This document shows positions 19,352-29,078 of a stretch of DNA of 64,000 nucleotides, piece by piece. The notes beneath the pieces are model-generated. The model was not told the origin of the DNA. It was given only the letters and a program-made list of their open reading frames with translations, and did not search any database. Position 1 is the stretch's first letter. The number at the start of each line of letters is the position of its first letter. The DNA is from Acidimicrobiia bacterium (lineage in GTDB: Bacteria; Actinomycetota; Acidimicrobiia; Spongiisociales; ZC4RG35), in the NCBI GenBank assembly GCA_965203555.1, contig CBDBCY010000004.1:1-64000 (forward strand), written 5' to 3'. The position numbers and the translations under genes are program-made.

Positions 19352-21205
19352 GTGAGTTTTTTGGTTCCGGCCTCCCTGGGACTGGCTTCCCTGGCTCTCC
19401 CCCTTATTGCCCTGTACATGTTGCGAAGTCGCCGGGAGCGGGTGGAGGTTTCCAGCCTGCTGCTGTGGGAGACCGCCGCCGACCCGTTGTCGTCGGCACG
19501 GCCGTGGCGACCTCTCAGGATCACCCCCCTGCTGTTGATCCAGTTGGCGGTTCTGGCCGCATTTGTGATCTCCCTGGCACGTCCCTTCGGCGCCGAAGAG
19601 GCTCGGCTCGGCGCTCATACGGTGCTGGTGGTTGATGTTTCGGGGTCGATGGCAATGGCGGGTCGCTTCGAGCGGGCCATCGGGGAAGCCCTGGGCTGGG
19701 CGGACGAGATGTCGGGCGAGCAACTGGTTTCGGTTGTCGAGGCAGGGTCCTTGCCGCGGGTGGTGACCGCCTTTTCACGGCAGAGGGAAGAAGTGATCGA
19801 GGCACTGTCAGGTTTGGAACTCACCGGGGGAGAGGCTGATCTGACCGAGGCGATCCGCTTGGGCAGAGGGCTGTCCACTCCCGACCGGCCTTCTGATCTG
19901 GTCCTGTTCACCGACGGGGGCGAGGCGCCCCTGGCGGCCGAGCCGGTGGCTGCCGCCCGTCACCTGCCGTTTGATGAGACCGGGCCCAACTGGGCGATCG
20001 ACGCTCTTTCATTGGAGCGGGACTCGGCAGGATTGGTTAGGGCCTTGGTCTCGGTCGCCAATCACGGTGGTTCGGTGCGACCGGTGACGGTGGAGTTGGA
20101 GACGGAAGGGAAGGTCATTTCTCGAAGCGAACTTTCCCCGGTCCCGGGAGAAGCCGCGCAGGCGATTGTGCCCGCAGTGGTCGGCCCCGGTTCGGTCGTC
20201 GTGGCCAGACTGATCGACTCGGAGGACTCGCTCTCCCTCGACGACCGGGCCTGGGCGGCTCTTCCGGTTCCTTCCGTGGAAGGCGTGCACATGGAGGGGA
20301 CGGAATCTGCTTTCCTGGCGGCGTTGGTCAACTCGATACCCGGTCTTGCCGAGACCGACGACTCGGAGAATCCCGCTCAGCTGTCGGTGATCAACCGGGG
20401 AGAGTCGCCGCAGATCGAGCGTCCGTCCTGGCTGATACGCACTGATCCACCGCCGCCCGGTCTGCGTCTCACGGGGCTGGCGACCAACCTGGGGGTCACC
20501 TGGCAGCGACCCGGAGAGCCCGTCCTGGACGACGTGAGCCTGGCCGGGATCGCAGTGGCCGAAGCCCAGGTGGTGGAGACCGATCTGTGGTTACCGGTGG
20601 TCAAGTCCGGGGACGTTCCGTTGGTGCTGTTGGGAAGGGTGAACGGCCACCGGGTGGCGTATTTCACTTTCGATCTGACCCACTCCAACCTGGTGGTGCA
20701 GATGGCCTTCCCGTTGCTGGGGGTGAAGCTCCTGGAATGGCTGGGCGGCGAAGCTTCAGGCGGTGTCGACCCATCTGCGGCCGGAGAACCGATTCCTCTG
20801 CTTGCCTCGGGGACGGGCATGGTTCGAGTGGAGACACCGGAGGGGGATTCGGTGCTGCTCGGCAACAACGTGGCTTCTTTTGTGCGCACCGGAACTCCGG
20901 GTGTTTACCGGGTGACCTATCTGGACGATGATCAGCAGGTGGAGAGGTCCGAGTTGGCGGTTCGCAACTTCTCTCCGTCCGAGTCGGCCGCGCGGCCCCG
21001 CTCGATTGCGGTCGAACCGGGATCGTTCGTCTCCGAGGAACGGACCGATACCGTCCGGGAGTGGGGTTTGTGGGTGGCGGGGCTGGCAGTTGGATTGATG
21101 GTATTGGAGTGGTGGATGGCGCTGAGATCTCCGCGGGCATCCCGACGGCCCGCGGCCGGGCTGGTGGCTGCATCGGTGGTCCCGCCGGGAAGAAGGGGCT
21201 CGTGA
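19352..21205 (+). CDS. BatA-N + VWA domain membrane protein
   Basis: MSFL.P...LALPLIALYMLR...VSSLLLW, LARP, MIDAS DVSGSM, TDG. Confidence 0.9.
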   Translation: MSFLVPASLGLASLALPLIALYMLRSRRERVEVSSLLLWETAADPLSSARPWRPLRITPLLLIQLAVLAAFVISLARPFGAEEARLGAHTVLVVDVSGSMAMAGRFERAIGEALGWADEMSGEQLVSVVEAGSLPRVVTAFSRQREEVIEALSGLELTGGEADLTEAIRLGRGLSTPDRPSDLVLFTDGGEAPLAAEPVAAARHLPFDETGPNWAIDALSLERDSAGLVRALVSVANHGGSVRPVTVELETEGKVISRSELSPVPGEAAQAIVPAVVGPGSVVVARLIDSEDSLSLDDRAWAALPVPSVEGVHMEGTESAFLAALVNSIPGLAETDDSENPAQLSVINRGESPQIERPSWLIRTDPPPPGLRLTGLATNLGVTWQRPGEPVLDDVSLAGIAVAEAQVVETDLWLPVVKSGDVPLVLLGRVNGHRVAYFTFDLTHSNLVVQMAFPLLGVKLLEWLGGEASGGVDPSAAGEPIPLLASGTGMVRVETPEGDSVLLGNNVASFVRTGTPGVYRVTYLDDDQQVERSELAVRNFSPSESAARPRSIAVEPGSFVSEERTDTVREWGLWVAGLAVGLMVLEWWMALRSPRASRRPAAGLVAASVVPPGRRGS

Positions 21206-23907
21206 GGTTTCAAGTTCCCGAATTGCTGTGGGTTGCGCCGCTGGGGGCGGCGGCGATCTGGTATCTGGCCAAAAGAGGCAGATGGACGGTTGGGCGCCGC
21301 CGTCGCCGGTTGGTGCTGGCGATGCGAATAACGGCCGTCCTGCTGGCGCTGCTGGCATTGGCCCAGCCTCTGCTGACCCTTCCCCAACAGCAGAAGGCGG
21401 TGTTGTTCGTCCTCGACCGGTCCCTGTCGGTTGGGTCGGAGTCCCGGATCGAACAGGAGCGGCTGGTTTCGGAGGCTGTGAAAACCGCCGGTGAGGAAGA
21501 CCTGGCAGGTCTGCTGGTGTTCGGGTCCACTGCCAGGATGGACACCGCCCTCACCACCGATCGACAGCTCCTGCCGGTCCGGTCGGTGGTGGACCCCTCC
21601 GCGTCGGAAGTGGGAGAGGCCCTGCAGGCCTCCGCCGCGCTCCTGCCGACCGCCGGGTCGCGCCGGGTGGTGCTGATGAGCGATATGGCTGACACGGGAG
21701 GACAGGTGAGAGCGATCATCGAGGAGCTGGCCGAGGCCGCGGTGACTGTCGATGTGGTGGTGCTGGAAGGTGCTTTGGGCGCCGAGGCGCTGGTGGAGGG
21801 CATCGAGACGCCGGGCCTGGTCAGGGAAGGAGAGTTGCTCTCCGCCACTGTGAGGATCCGCTCCAGTCGGGCGGGACCGGCTCGGTTGAGGATCACCGCC
21901 GGAGACCACGTCGAGTTGCGGGACATCCAACTGCGGGCCGGGATCAACCGGGTGGATGTCCTGTTGCCGATCGATGAGGCCGGTGCGGAACGAAGCGGTC
22001 CGCTGGCGGTGGAGGCGCAGATCTTTGCGGACTGGGACGAACATTCCGAGAACAACCGGGCGGTGGGGATCACCCGGGTGGAGGGTCCTGCCAAGGTGGT
22101 GGTGGTGGTGGACCCGGCTCGTCGAGGCGAGGGGGCTTTCCTGCAGGACGCATTGGAAGCCTCGGGGTTGAACGCGGATCGGGCGGTGGGCATTCCCGCC
22201 GCGCAGACCCTGGCGGAGTACGACGGGGTGGTGCTGGTCAACGTCGAGATCCGGGAAGCGGCGGAGGCGGAGAACCTGGTTTCCTACGTGGAGGACTTCG
22301 GGCGGGGGCTGGTGGTGGTGGGCGGCGCCCGCAGCTTCGGGATGGGTGACTATCACCAGACTCCGCTGGAGAGTGTGTTGCCGGTCTCCTCCGATCCGGA
22401 TGACCTGCTCCGCCGGCAGCCGGTGGCCGAAGTCCTGGCGCTGGACACCTCCGGCTCGATGGGATCGTGCCACTGCGGAGGCAACGCCGCTCGTATCGAG
22501 GGGGGGACACCCAAGACGTCTATAGCCCAGGCCGGGGCGTCGCAGGCGATAGGCGCCCTCACCAGCTCCGATCAGGTGGGAGTGCTGGCGTTTTCCTCTG
22601 GATTTGACTGGACCATTCCGCTGGGTCCCCGGCCCGGGCCCGAAGAAGTGACAGCCGCCCTGTCCTCCCTGACGCCCGATGGCGATACCGAGATCCGTCC
22701 TGCTCTGGCCGAGGCGCTCCGCGCGCTCGACGGGGTGGAGGGATCCCTGCGCCATATCGTGCTGTTCACCGACGGATGGGACCCCAACGAGTCCGGCCTG
22801 CTACCCATGGCTCGACAGATCGCCGATCAGGGAGTGACGCTGTCGATCCTGGGAACCGGTGAAGGTCCCGGTCCCACGCTGGAGAGGATGGCCGAATTGG
22901 GGGGAGGCCGCTACTACCCGGGGGCGGACTTGGACCTCGTGCCGGAGATTTTCGTGGAGGAGACCCTGCTGGTGGCCGAGAACCTGGTGCGGGAAGGCGT
23001 CTTCTACCCGGTGCGCAGCGGCCTGACCTCGATAAGCGAGACCCTGACGGAGACCCCGCCGTTGCTGGGGTATGTGGCCACCAAGGCCAAGGGCACCGCC
23101 ACGGTCCCGCTGGAAGTGGGCGCCGGGCATCCACTGCTGGCCTCCTGGCAACGGGGTTTGGGCCGGGTGACGGCGTGGACTTCCGACGCTACGTCCCGCT
23201 GGGGTTCCGAGTGGGTGGACTGGCCGGGTTTCGCCTCCTTTTGGGGGAAGGTGGTCCGGGATACGCTCTCGGTGCAGACCGACTCGGCCCTGGGAGCCAC
23301 GGTGGAGGGAGGAGAGTTGTCGATCAGGATCGAACAGCCGGGACTGCCCGCAGAGGCCGCAGCCGTCGCCCGGGTGCGCAGACCGGACGGCGAGGTGGAT
23401 GTCGTTTCGCTGCGCAGGGTCGCCTCGGGAACATTCGAGGGTGAAGCGGCGGCGGATGCGGCCGGCGCCTACTGGGTGACTGCCATGATCACCACCCCCG
23501 GGGGTGGGATGACTTCCTCCGGTGTCGGGGCGGTCTCCACCTACCAGGAGGAATTCTCCTTTCTGCCTGCGGACCCCTCCCTGGCGCAGGAGGTTGCCGA
23601 GATCACCGGCGGAAGGGTCAATCCCTCCTCCGACGCCTATTTCGACGCCGCTCCCGCCCGGGGAGACACCGAATTGCCGATCTGGCCGTGGCTGGTGGCA
23701 GTGGCCCTGGCGCTGTTCCTGGCGGACGTGGCGGCCCGAAGGCTCCGTCTGTCAGTGGGGAGGGCGTCGGTGCAGACGGTCGGCCGGCGACCGGAAGGCG
23801 AACCGGCCGTGGTGGAGGAACTTCCGCATCAAGCCACACCGTTGCATCCTCCCGAACCTGAGCGCAGCGAGACCCTGGAGCGGCTGATGCGCCGTCGCCG
23901 CCGATGA
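21202..23907 (+). CDS. Double-VWA + glutamine-amidotransferase-like membrane protein
   Basis: DRSLS and DTSGSM MIDAS motifs, GLVVVGG.RSFG.GDY..TPLE..LPV, WQRGLGRV.AWTSD. Confidence 0.85.
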   Translation: MRFQVPELLWVAPLGAAAIWYLAKRGRWTVGRRRRRLVLAMRITAVLLALLALAQPLLTLPQQQKAVLFVLDRSLSVGSESRIEQERLVSEAVKTAGEEDLAGLLVFGSTARMDTALTTDRQLLPVRSVVDPSASEVGEALQASAALLPTAGSRRVVLMSDMADTGGQVRAIIEELAEAAVTVDVVVLEGALGAEALVEGIETPGLVREGELLSATVRIRSSRAGPARLRITAGDHVELRDIQLRAGINRVDVLLPIDEAGAERSGPLAVEAQIFADWDEHSENNRAVGITRVEGPAKVVVVVDPARRGEGAFLQDALEASGLNADRAVGIPAAQTLAEYDGVVLVNVEIREAAEAENLVSYVEDFGRGLVVVGGARSFGMGDYHQTPLESVLPVSSDPDDLLRRQPVAEVLALDTSGSMGSCHCGGNAARIEGGTPKTSIAQAGASQAIGALTSSDQVGVLAFSSGFDWTIPLGPRPGPEEVTAALSSLTPDGDTEIRPALAEALRALDGVEGSLRHIVLFTDGWDPNESGLLPMARQIADQGVTLSILGTGEGPGPTLERMAELGGGRYYPGADLDLVPEIFVEETLLVAENLVREGVFYPVRSGLTSISETLTETPPLLGYVATKAKGTATVPLEVGAGHPLLASWQRGLGRVTAWTSDATSRWGSEWVDWPGFASFWGKVVRDTLSVQTDSALGATVEGGELSIRIEQPGLPAEAAAVARVRRPDGEVDVVSLRRVASGTFEGEAAADAAGAYWVTAMITTPGGGMTSSGVGAVSTYQEEFSFLPADPSLAQEVAEITGGRVNPSSDAYFDAAPARGDTELPIWPWLVAVALALFLADVAARRLRLSVGRASVQTVGRRPEGEPAVVEELPHQATPLHPPEPERSETLERLMRRRRR

Positions 23908-24500
23908 ACGCGCGCCACCCAAGGCCCAGGTTCAGCCGGGCCGAGTTGGAGAGCTACCGGAACGCAACTGTGCCGGATCTGATCGGCCCCGGCGTTCGTC
24001 TGCTGTTCGTGGGCATCAACCCGGGTCTTTGGACGGCGGCCACCCGGACCCACTTCGCCCACCCCACCAATCGCTTCTATCCGGCGCTGTACCGGGCCGG
24101 GATAACAAGCTATGAGATCTGCAGGGAGAGCGGATTCACTCCCGAAGACCGTCGGTATCTGATCGAGAGGGGAATGGGCATCACCAACCTGGTGGAACGG
24201 GCCACCGCCCGCGCCTCGGAACTCGCAGCGGCGGAGCTTCGGGCGGGCGCCGCCGTCCTTTCCGAGAAAGTGCGGTCATGGGGTCCCCGGGTGGTGGCGG
24301 TGGTGGGAATAACCGCCTACCGGACCGCTTTTCGTCGACCTCGGGCCCGCTCGGGTCTGCAGGCCGGGCGCCTGGAGGGGGCCGGGTTGTGGGTGGTTCC
24401 CAATCCCAGCGGGCTCAACGCCCACGAGACGGTCGACACCCTCGCCGACTGGTACGGAGAAGTCGCCCGGGCGGCCGGCCTGCCCCTCGAAACCAGCTAA
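23904..24500 (+). CDS. mug: Mismatch-specific uracil-DNA glycosylase
   Basis: LFVGINPG, HFAHPTNRFY, GITNLV.R, VPNPSGLNAH. Confidence 0.93.
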   Translation: MNARHPRPRFSRAELESYRNATVPDLIGPGVRLLFVGINPGLWTAATRTHFAHPTNRFYPALYRAGITSYEICRESGFTPEDRRYLIERGMGITNLVERATARASELAAAELRAGAAVLSEKVRSWGPRVVAVVGITAYRTAFRRPRARSGLQAGRLEGAGLWVVPNPSGLNAHETVDTLADWYGEVARAAGLPLETS

Positions 24501-24532
24501 GGCGTATTGACGCTTTGGAGTGGGGGGCTGTT

Positions 24533-25750
24533 TCATTTTCGTTGATGCATGGGCCGTCGGCGCGTGGATCGGCGTCGGCGGTTCCGGTACTTAGGTCGGG
24601 GTGGGCTTCCCCATTGGGTGGGTGGTGGGCGGAGCCGGTAGGCGCCGGTTGTAGTGCGTTCGACCTGCCAGTCGTTGTCGTGTACTTTGTGGTGGCATCT
24701 GCTGCACAAAAGACACATGTTGTCCAGGTTGGTGGGACCCTGGTTCTGCCAGTGGACGATGTGGTGGGCCTGGCACCAGGAGGCTTTGGCGCCGCATCCG
24801 ATGCAGTGTTTGTCGCGGGCGACGAGCGCGGCCCGTTGGGTTCCGCTGGCCGTGCGCCGGGCCCGTCCCAAATCCAATGGTATGGAAGGTCCTGAGAAGA
24901 TGGCCGGGAGGACTTGCGCGTCGCAGGCCAACTGGCGCAGGGTCCGGGCGGGGAGAGGGGTTCCGTTCTCCAGGCGAGGGTTGCCCAACTGTCCACTGAC
25001 CGCGTCGTAGTCGGCGATCAACAACAACCGCACGCCCTGGGAACGACCGTCCTTTCCTTCCCGAGTGACCAGTTCGGCCAAGGCGTCGGCCATCCGCTGC
25101 CCCGCAGTGGCCCGATTCTGAGGGTCCTCTTTGTGCCATAGTCGGTTCATCATGTGAGACACCGCCGTCTCGACCCGGGCACCCGTGACCGGGTCGAAAC
25201 GCCCATAAAGAACAGTCATTCCGTCATCCTGGTCGGTGGTGACCTTCGCGAACCTCCGCGAACGCTGATGCTCCAACTTCGACACGCCGTCATCCTCCGA
25301 GCGCTGCTGTTCGTGTTTGCGGACCATGCGGGCGAACTTGTCAGGAGACTGGGAACGGGCACCGTCCAACAATTCGTCTTCGTTGATGGTTCCCCTCTGG
25401 TTGGCGCCCGCCAGGATACGGGCGTTGTCAGCAGAGATCTCTCCTTTTTGGAAACCCTCCCTCGTCTTGGGCAGTTCCTCCAATTCTTTGGCGGTCTCCA
25501 CCTCCGTTCGGGCCTTCCGTCGGCCCAACAGCCCGTCTTCTCGCAATATCGTTTCTACCTTCTCCGATCCTTGGCGTCGGCGCAACTCCGACACTGCTTC
25601 GGCGCGGACCGCGGCGGCTTGGTTCTGGGCGCGGATGGTGGACTGTATACGCTGCCGTAACTGCTCGGACGTAGCCCCGGCCGCCGGCAGGGAGGGTGCC
25701 AGCAGACGCACCCGATTGGTGGAGCGCCCGTTCACAGATTCTTTGTTCAT
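24533..25750 (-). CDS. DUF222 domain + HNH endonuclease (13E12-repeat-like)
   Basis: QRMADAL, LACDA, LDLGR.RR....QR.AL.ARDKHC..C....WCQAHHI.HW...GPTNLDN..LLCSRCHHKVH; start set by leaderless promoter. Confidence 0.9.
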   Translation of the reverse strand: MNKESVNGRSTNRVRLLAPSLPAAGATSEQLRQRIQSTIRAQNQAAAVRAEAVSELRRRQGSEKVETILREDGLLGRRKARTEVETAKELEELPKTREGFQKGEISADNARILAGANQRGTINEDELLDGARSQSPDKFARMVRKHEQQRSEDDGVSKLEHQRSRRFAKVTTDQDDGMTVLYGRFDPVTGARVETAVSHMMNRLWHKEDPQNRATAGQRMADALAELVTREGKDGRSQGVRLLLIADYDAVSGQLGNPRLENGTPLPARTLRQLACDAQVLPAIFSGPSIPLDLGRARRTASGTQRAALVARDKHCIGCGAKASWCQAHHIVHWQNQGPTNLDNMCLLCSRCHHKVHDNDWQVERTTTGAYRLRPPPTQWGSPPRPKYRNRRRRSTRRRPMHQRK

Positions 25751-25757
25751 GTCTACC

Positions 25758-25779
25758 AGTATGCAAGGTGGGTGTGACA
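25758..25779 (-). promoter_or_regulatory. PafBC/RecA-NDp-like leaderless promoter of DUF222-HNH
   Basis: TGTCAC-ACCCACCTTG-CATACT-7nt-ATG. Confidence 0.75.
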
Positions 25780-26047
25780 ACCGCTCCTGTATATCACTAA
25801 GTTGTGAAAACAAACACTAAAAAGTCCGTAGGGTCCACCAAGCGGCTGCCGAAGGGACACCCGACCCACCGGGCGCCGGTAACAAAACGGCCCCCCCGGA
25901 CGGTTCACGCTCCTCCCTCACATCACCCCCCGCCCTCATCCACCATACCCTACGTAGCATGAACACGTCCTAGCCGACCCGATCATGGGGCATCAGCGAT
26001 GCCGGTATCATTTGATGTCCAAGTCGGTTGACGAAAAAGGAGATGTC

Positions 26048-26560
26048 ATGAACGAACCGCGGGCAATGACCGGGGGGGTGACCTTGGGTAACGGGGAGGT
26101 GAGGACTCTTGCTTCGCCCGGCCGGAGACTGGTGGCCAGGATCATCGACATTGCGATCATCGTGTTCGTGGTCGTCGTGCTGACCATTGTGGGGGTCGCC
26201 GGGTTCGTGTTGGGGGCCGAAAGCGGGGAAGACGCTCTGGCGTTTACGGCTTTCTTCGTGGGCTTCGGCGGATTGGCCTTCTTCTCGATCCTGTTCCTTC
26301 TGTACGAGCCGACCCTGATCGCCCTCCGGGGTCAGACGCTGGGCAAGATGGCGATGAGAATCATGGTGGTGAGGGCCGAGGACGGTGAGGTTCCCGGCTG
26401 GGGCAAGGCGATCGGACGCTGGATCCTTCCCGGCCTGCTCAGCCTGATCCCGGTGGTCGGAGGGTTGCTGTCGCTGCTCGTCTACCTCTCGCTGCTGTGG
26501 GACGACCGGCGCCAGGGCTGGCACGACAAGATGGGAACCACGGTTGTAATAGACGTCTGA
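26048..26560 (+). CDS. RDD family membrane protein
   Basis: LASPGRRLVARIID, GQTLGK....I.VV, RQGWHDK..GT.VV; AAAGGAG before ATG. Confidence 0.92.
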   Translation: MNEPRAMTGGVTLGNGEVRTLASPGRRLVARIIDIAIIVFVVVVLTIVGVAGFVLGAESGEDALAFTAFFVGFGGLAFFSILFLLYEPTLIALRGQTLGKMAMRIMVVRAEDGEVPGWGKAIGRWILPGLLSLIPVVGGLLSLLVYLSLLWDDRRQGWHDKMGTTVVIDV

Positions 26561-26622
26561 GAGCAGACGCCGAAGCGAGATCACCAGGCGACCCATCCCC
26601 GTTGGACTTGGTCGGGCGCTGT

Positions 26623-27552
26623 CTATCCCAACCTCCCCGCTTCGGGTGAGGTGATCCCTCCCCCGATCAGTCGGTGCTGATGGGTGGTGGTCAGGCCGCG
26701 GAGTTCCGCCCGTACCAGGCTGGCGGCCCATGCCATCCGATCAGGGTCATCGAGGAACAACAGCCCCAAGACCGTGCCGCTGTGAGCCACATTCACTCCC
26801 ACCGCGCCGACCATTCGAGCCAGGTTCAACGCCGAGTTCAGATGAGGATTGGGAAAGACCTTCTGATACGCCAAGGCGTTGAGGGTGGCGCCCTGGCCGA
26901 TCAGTCGACCTTCGCCACTCTACAGTCCGGAAGCGATCAACCGCACAGCCTCTGCGAAACGTTTTGATTGGGATCGGAGAGCCGCTCGGCGATCTACCGT
27001 GTTGAACGCTTCAGTATCCACCGCCTCGGCAAATTCCAGCACCAATACGTTCATTACCGGTGGATACCCCAAAGACCGGGCGATCCGGCCGGTTCGGTGG
27101 GCGAACAGTGACACGCCAGGAAGCATGATGCCGTCGCTGGGCTCGATTTCGAGAGCCAGATGCGCCTGCTGCCGGGCCGAGACTTGTTCATTGAGCGCCG
27201 CGGCGGTTGCGGCGATTGATGACACGATGTCCGCGGTGCTGCTGGCCATCCCCTTCTGTCGCGGAATCGGGCTGTCCAGATACAGCCGCACGTCCAGGTC
27301 CGTACGCCCCAGGCGCTTCAAAGCCAAGGCCACCGCCCTGGTGGACTTGAGGCAATCGGCTGGCCCATACACCAGCCCTGCGCCACGGGTGACTTCAACG
27401 GTGGCTGTCGAGAAAAGATCTATGGGGCAGGTCACCATCACCAAGGTCCCCTCCAGTAGCCCTTGCGCCAACTCACCGCAGGTACCCGGCGCCGAAGCGG
27501 AAGCCCGGGCCAGGACCTGTCCCCGCCGGCGCGGTTTCGGTAGGGTCTTCAC
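26623..27552 (-). pseudogene. pduX: GHMP-family L-threonine kinase PduX, interrupted by in-frame TAG (26920-26922)
   Basis: PGTCGELAQG, IPRQKGMASSTAD, IEPSDG, then after TAG in the same frame GATL.A..YQ..., GVNVAHSGTV.GLL. Confidence 0.8.
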
Positions 27553-29078
27553 AACCGTAGCCCGGCGGCCCGATAGATGTGTTCCATGTCGAGATGCCGG
27601 CGTGCCCAGTCGGCCAGCTTGTCGTACTCCGCGTCCGGATCGAGGTGTGTTCCTTCGTCGGGCAGCGTCAACCCTCTCCGCCGACCGGCGCATTCGAGAA
27701 TTGAGCGGCGCAACGTGCGGTTGTGAAAGAGTCCGTGCAGATAAGAACCCATGGTCAGGCCGTCCTCGTCCAAACCGCCGTCGGGTAGGTCCACCTTCCT
27801 GGAGGAGCGGGATTCGATGACAAAGGGAATCGAGGAAACTTGGCCGGATGTGACTCCCATATGGATTTCATAGGCTGTTGCCCTGGTTCCCCGACATCCG
27901 CTGAGCAGCCCGCGGCCGCCGACAACCCGCACGTTGGTCTGGTGGGTGGTTTTCTCCCGGGTGAGGATGGTGGAGGTGGGGAGAAGGCCCAGTCCTCTCG
28001 TCTCGGTTCGGGGTGACTCCACCTGGTGGGGGTCTGAGAGCCTGGCGCCCAGCATCTGAAAGCCGGCGCAGATGCCGATGACGGGTATTCCACCTTGCCG
28101 GGCATTGAGGACACATTTATCCAAGCCTTCGGCTCGTAGCCAGTCAAGATCAGCCATGGTTGTCTTGCTGCCGGGTATCACCAGCAGGTCCGGACTGCCG
28201 AAGTCGGCGACACTATCGACATAGCGAAGACGGACGCCGGGTTCGTGACGGAGAGGATCGAAATCGTCGAAATTGGCGATGTGGGGCAGGCGGATCACAG
28301 CCACATCCACCGCGGTCCCGTCATCGGCGCGGGTACTGGCAGTCAGCCCCAATGAGTCCTCTTCGGGAATGTGGATGTCGGAAAAGTAAGGCAGGACTCC
28401 CACCACCGGCACGCCGGTTCGTTCTTTCAGGAAGGCCAGACCAGAGGCGAGCAGAGATGGGTCCCCGCGGAATTTGTTGATGACGTATCCCTTCACCAAC
28501 TCCCTTTCGTCACGCTCGAGCAACTCCATGGTTCCGATCAACTGGGCGAAGACGCCGCCCCGGTCGATGTCTCCCACCAAAAGAACAGGGGCCTGGGCAT
28601 GGATCGCCACCCGCATGTTGACAATGTCCTGTTGTTTGAGGTTGATCTCCGCCGGACTGCCGGCGCCCTCCATCACCACTACATCGAATTCGGATCGCAA
28701 GAGGGCCAGCGCCGGTGTCACCTTCTTCCAAATATTTGCCTGCAGTCGGTGGTATTCCCGGGGAGAGGCCACGGCTTGAGGCCGTCCCATGACTACTACC
28801 TGAGAGCGACGGTCGCCCTCCGGTTTGAGCAGCACGGGATTCATCTCTACCCGCGGGGACACCATCGCGGCGGCCGCCTGAACCGCCTGGGAACGACCGA
28901 TCTCCCCGCCGTCGGGAGTGGCGTAGGAATTCAAGGACATGTTCTGGGCCTTGAAGGGTGCGACCCGCAGGCCGTTCTGGGCGAAGACTCGGCAAAGTGC
29001 CGTAACCAGAATGGACTTGCCTACATGTGAGGAAGTTCCCTGCACCATAAGGACGCTGGCCGTACCGCTACCGGTCAT
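27549..29078 (-). CDS. cobQ: Cobyric acid synthase CobQ/CbiP
   Basis: GTSSHVGKS, PFKAQNMSLNS, MNPVLLKP, EGAGSPAEINL, DIDRGG, GICAGFQMLG, YEIHMG, SYLHG. Confidence 0.97.
   Translation of the reverse strand: MTGSGTASVLMVQGTSSHVGKSILVTALCRVFAQNGLRVAPFKAQNMSLNSYATPDGGEIGRSQAVQAAAAMVSPRVEMNPVLLKPEGDRRSQVVVMGRPQAVASPREYHRLQANIWKKVTPALALLRSEFDVVVMEGAGSPAEINLKQQDIVNMRVAIHAQAPVLLVGDIDRGGVFAQLIGTMELLERDERELVKGYVINKFRGDPSLLASGLAFLKERTGVPVVGVLPYFSDIHIPEEDSLGLTASTRADDGTAVDVAVIRLPHIANFDDFDPLRHEPGVRLRYVDSVADFGSPDLLVIPGSKTTMADLDWLRAEGLDKCVLNARQGGIPVIGICAGFQMLGARLSDPHQVESPRTETRGLGLLPTSTILTREKTTHQTNVRVVGGRGLLSGCRGTRATAYEIHMGVTSGQVSSIPFVIESRSSRKVDLPDGGLDEDGLTMGSYLHGLFHNRTLRRSILECAGRRRGLTLPDEGTHLDPDAEYDKLADWARRHLDMEHIYRAAGLRL

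Noticed and set aside
25958-25973. IS5-like terminus (CTAGGACGTGTTCAT on the minus strand)
   Set aside because: No partner inverted repeat or transposase seen; too short to support.
26920-26922. Pyrrolysine/programmed readthrough in pduX
   Set aside because: No pyl genes in the window, the position is not a catalytic motif, and TAG is a normal stop in other genes here.
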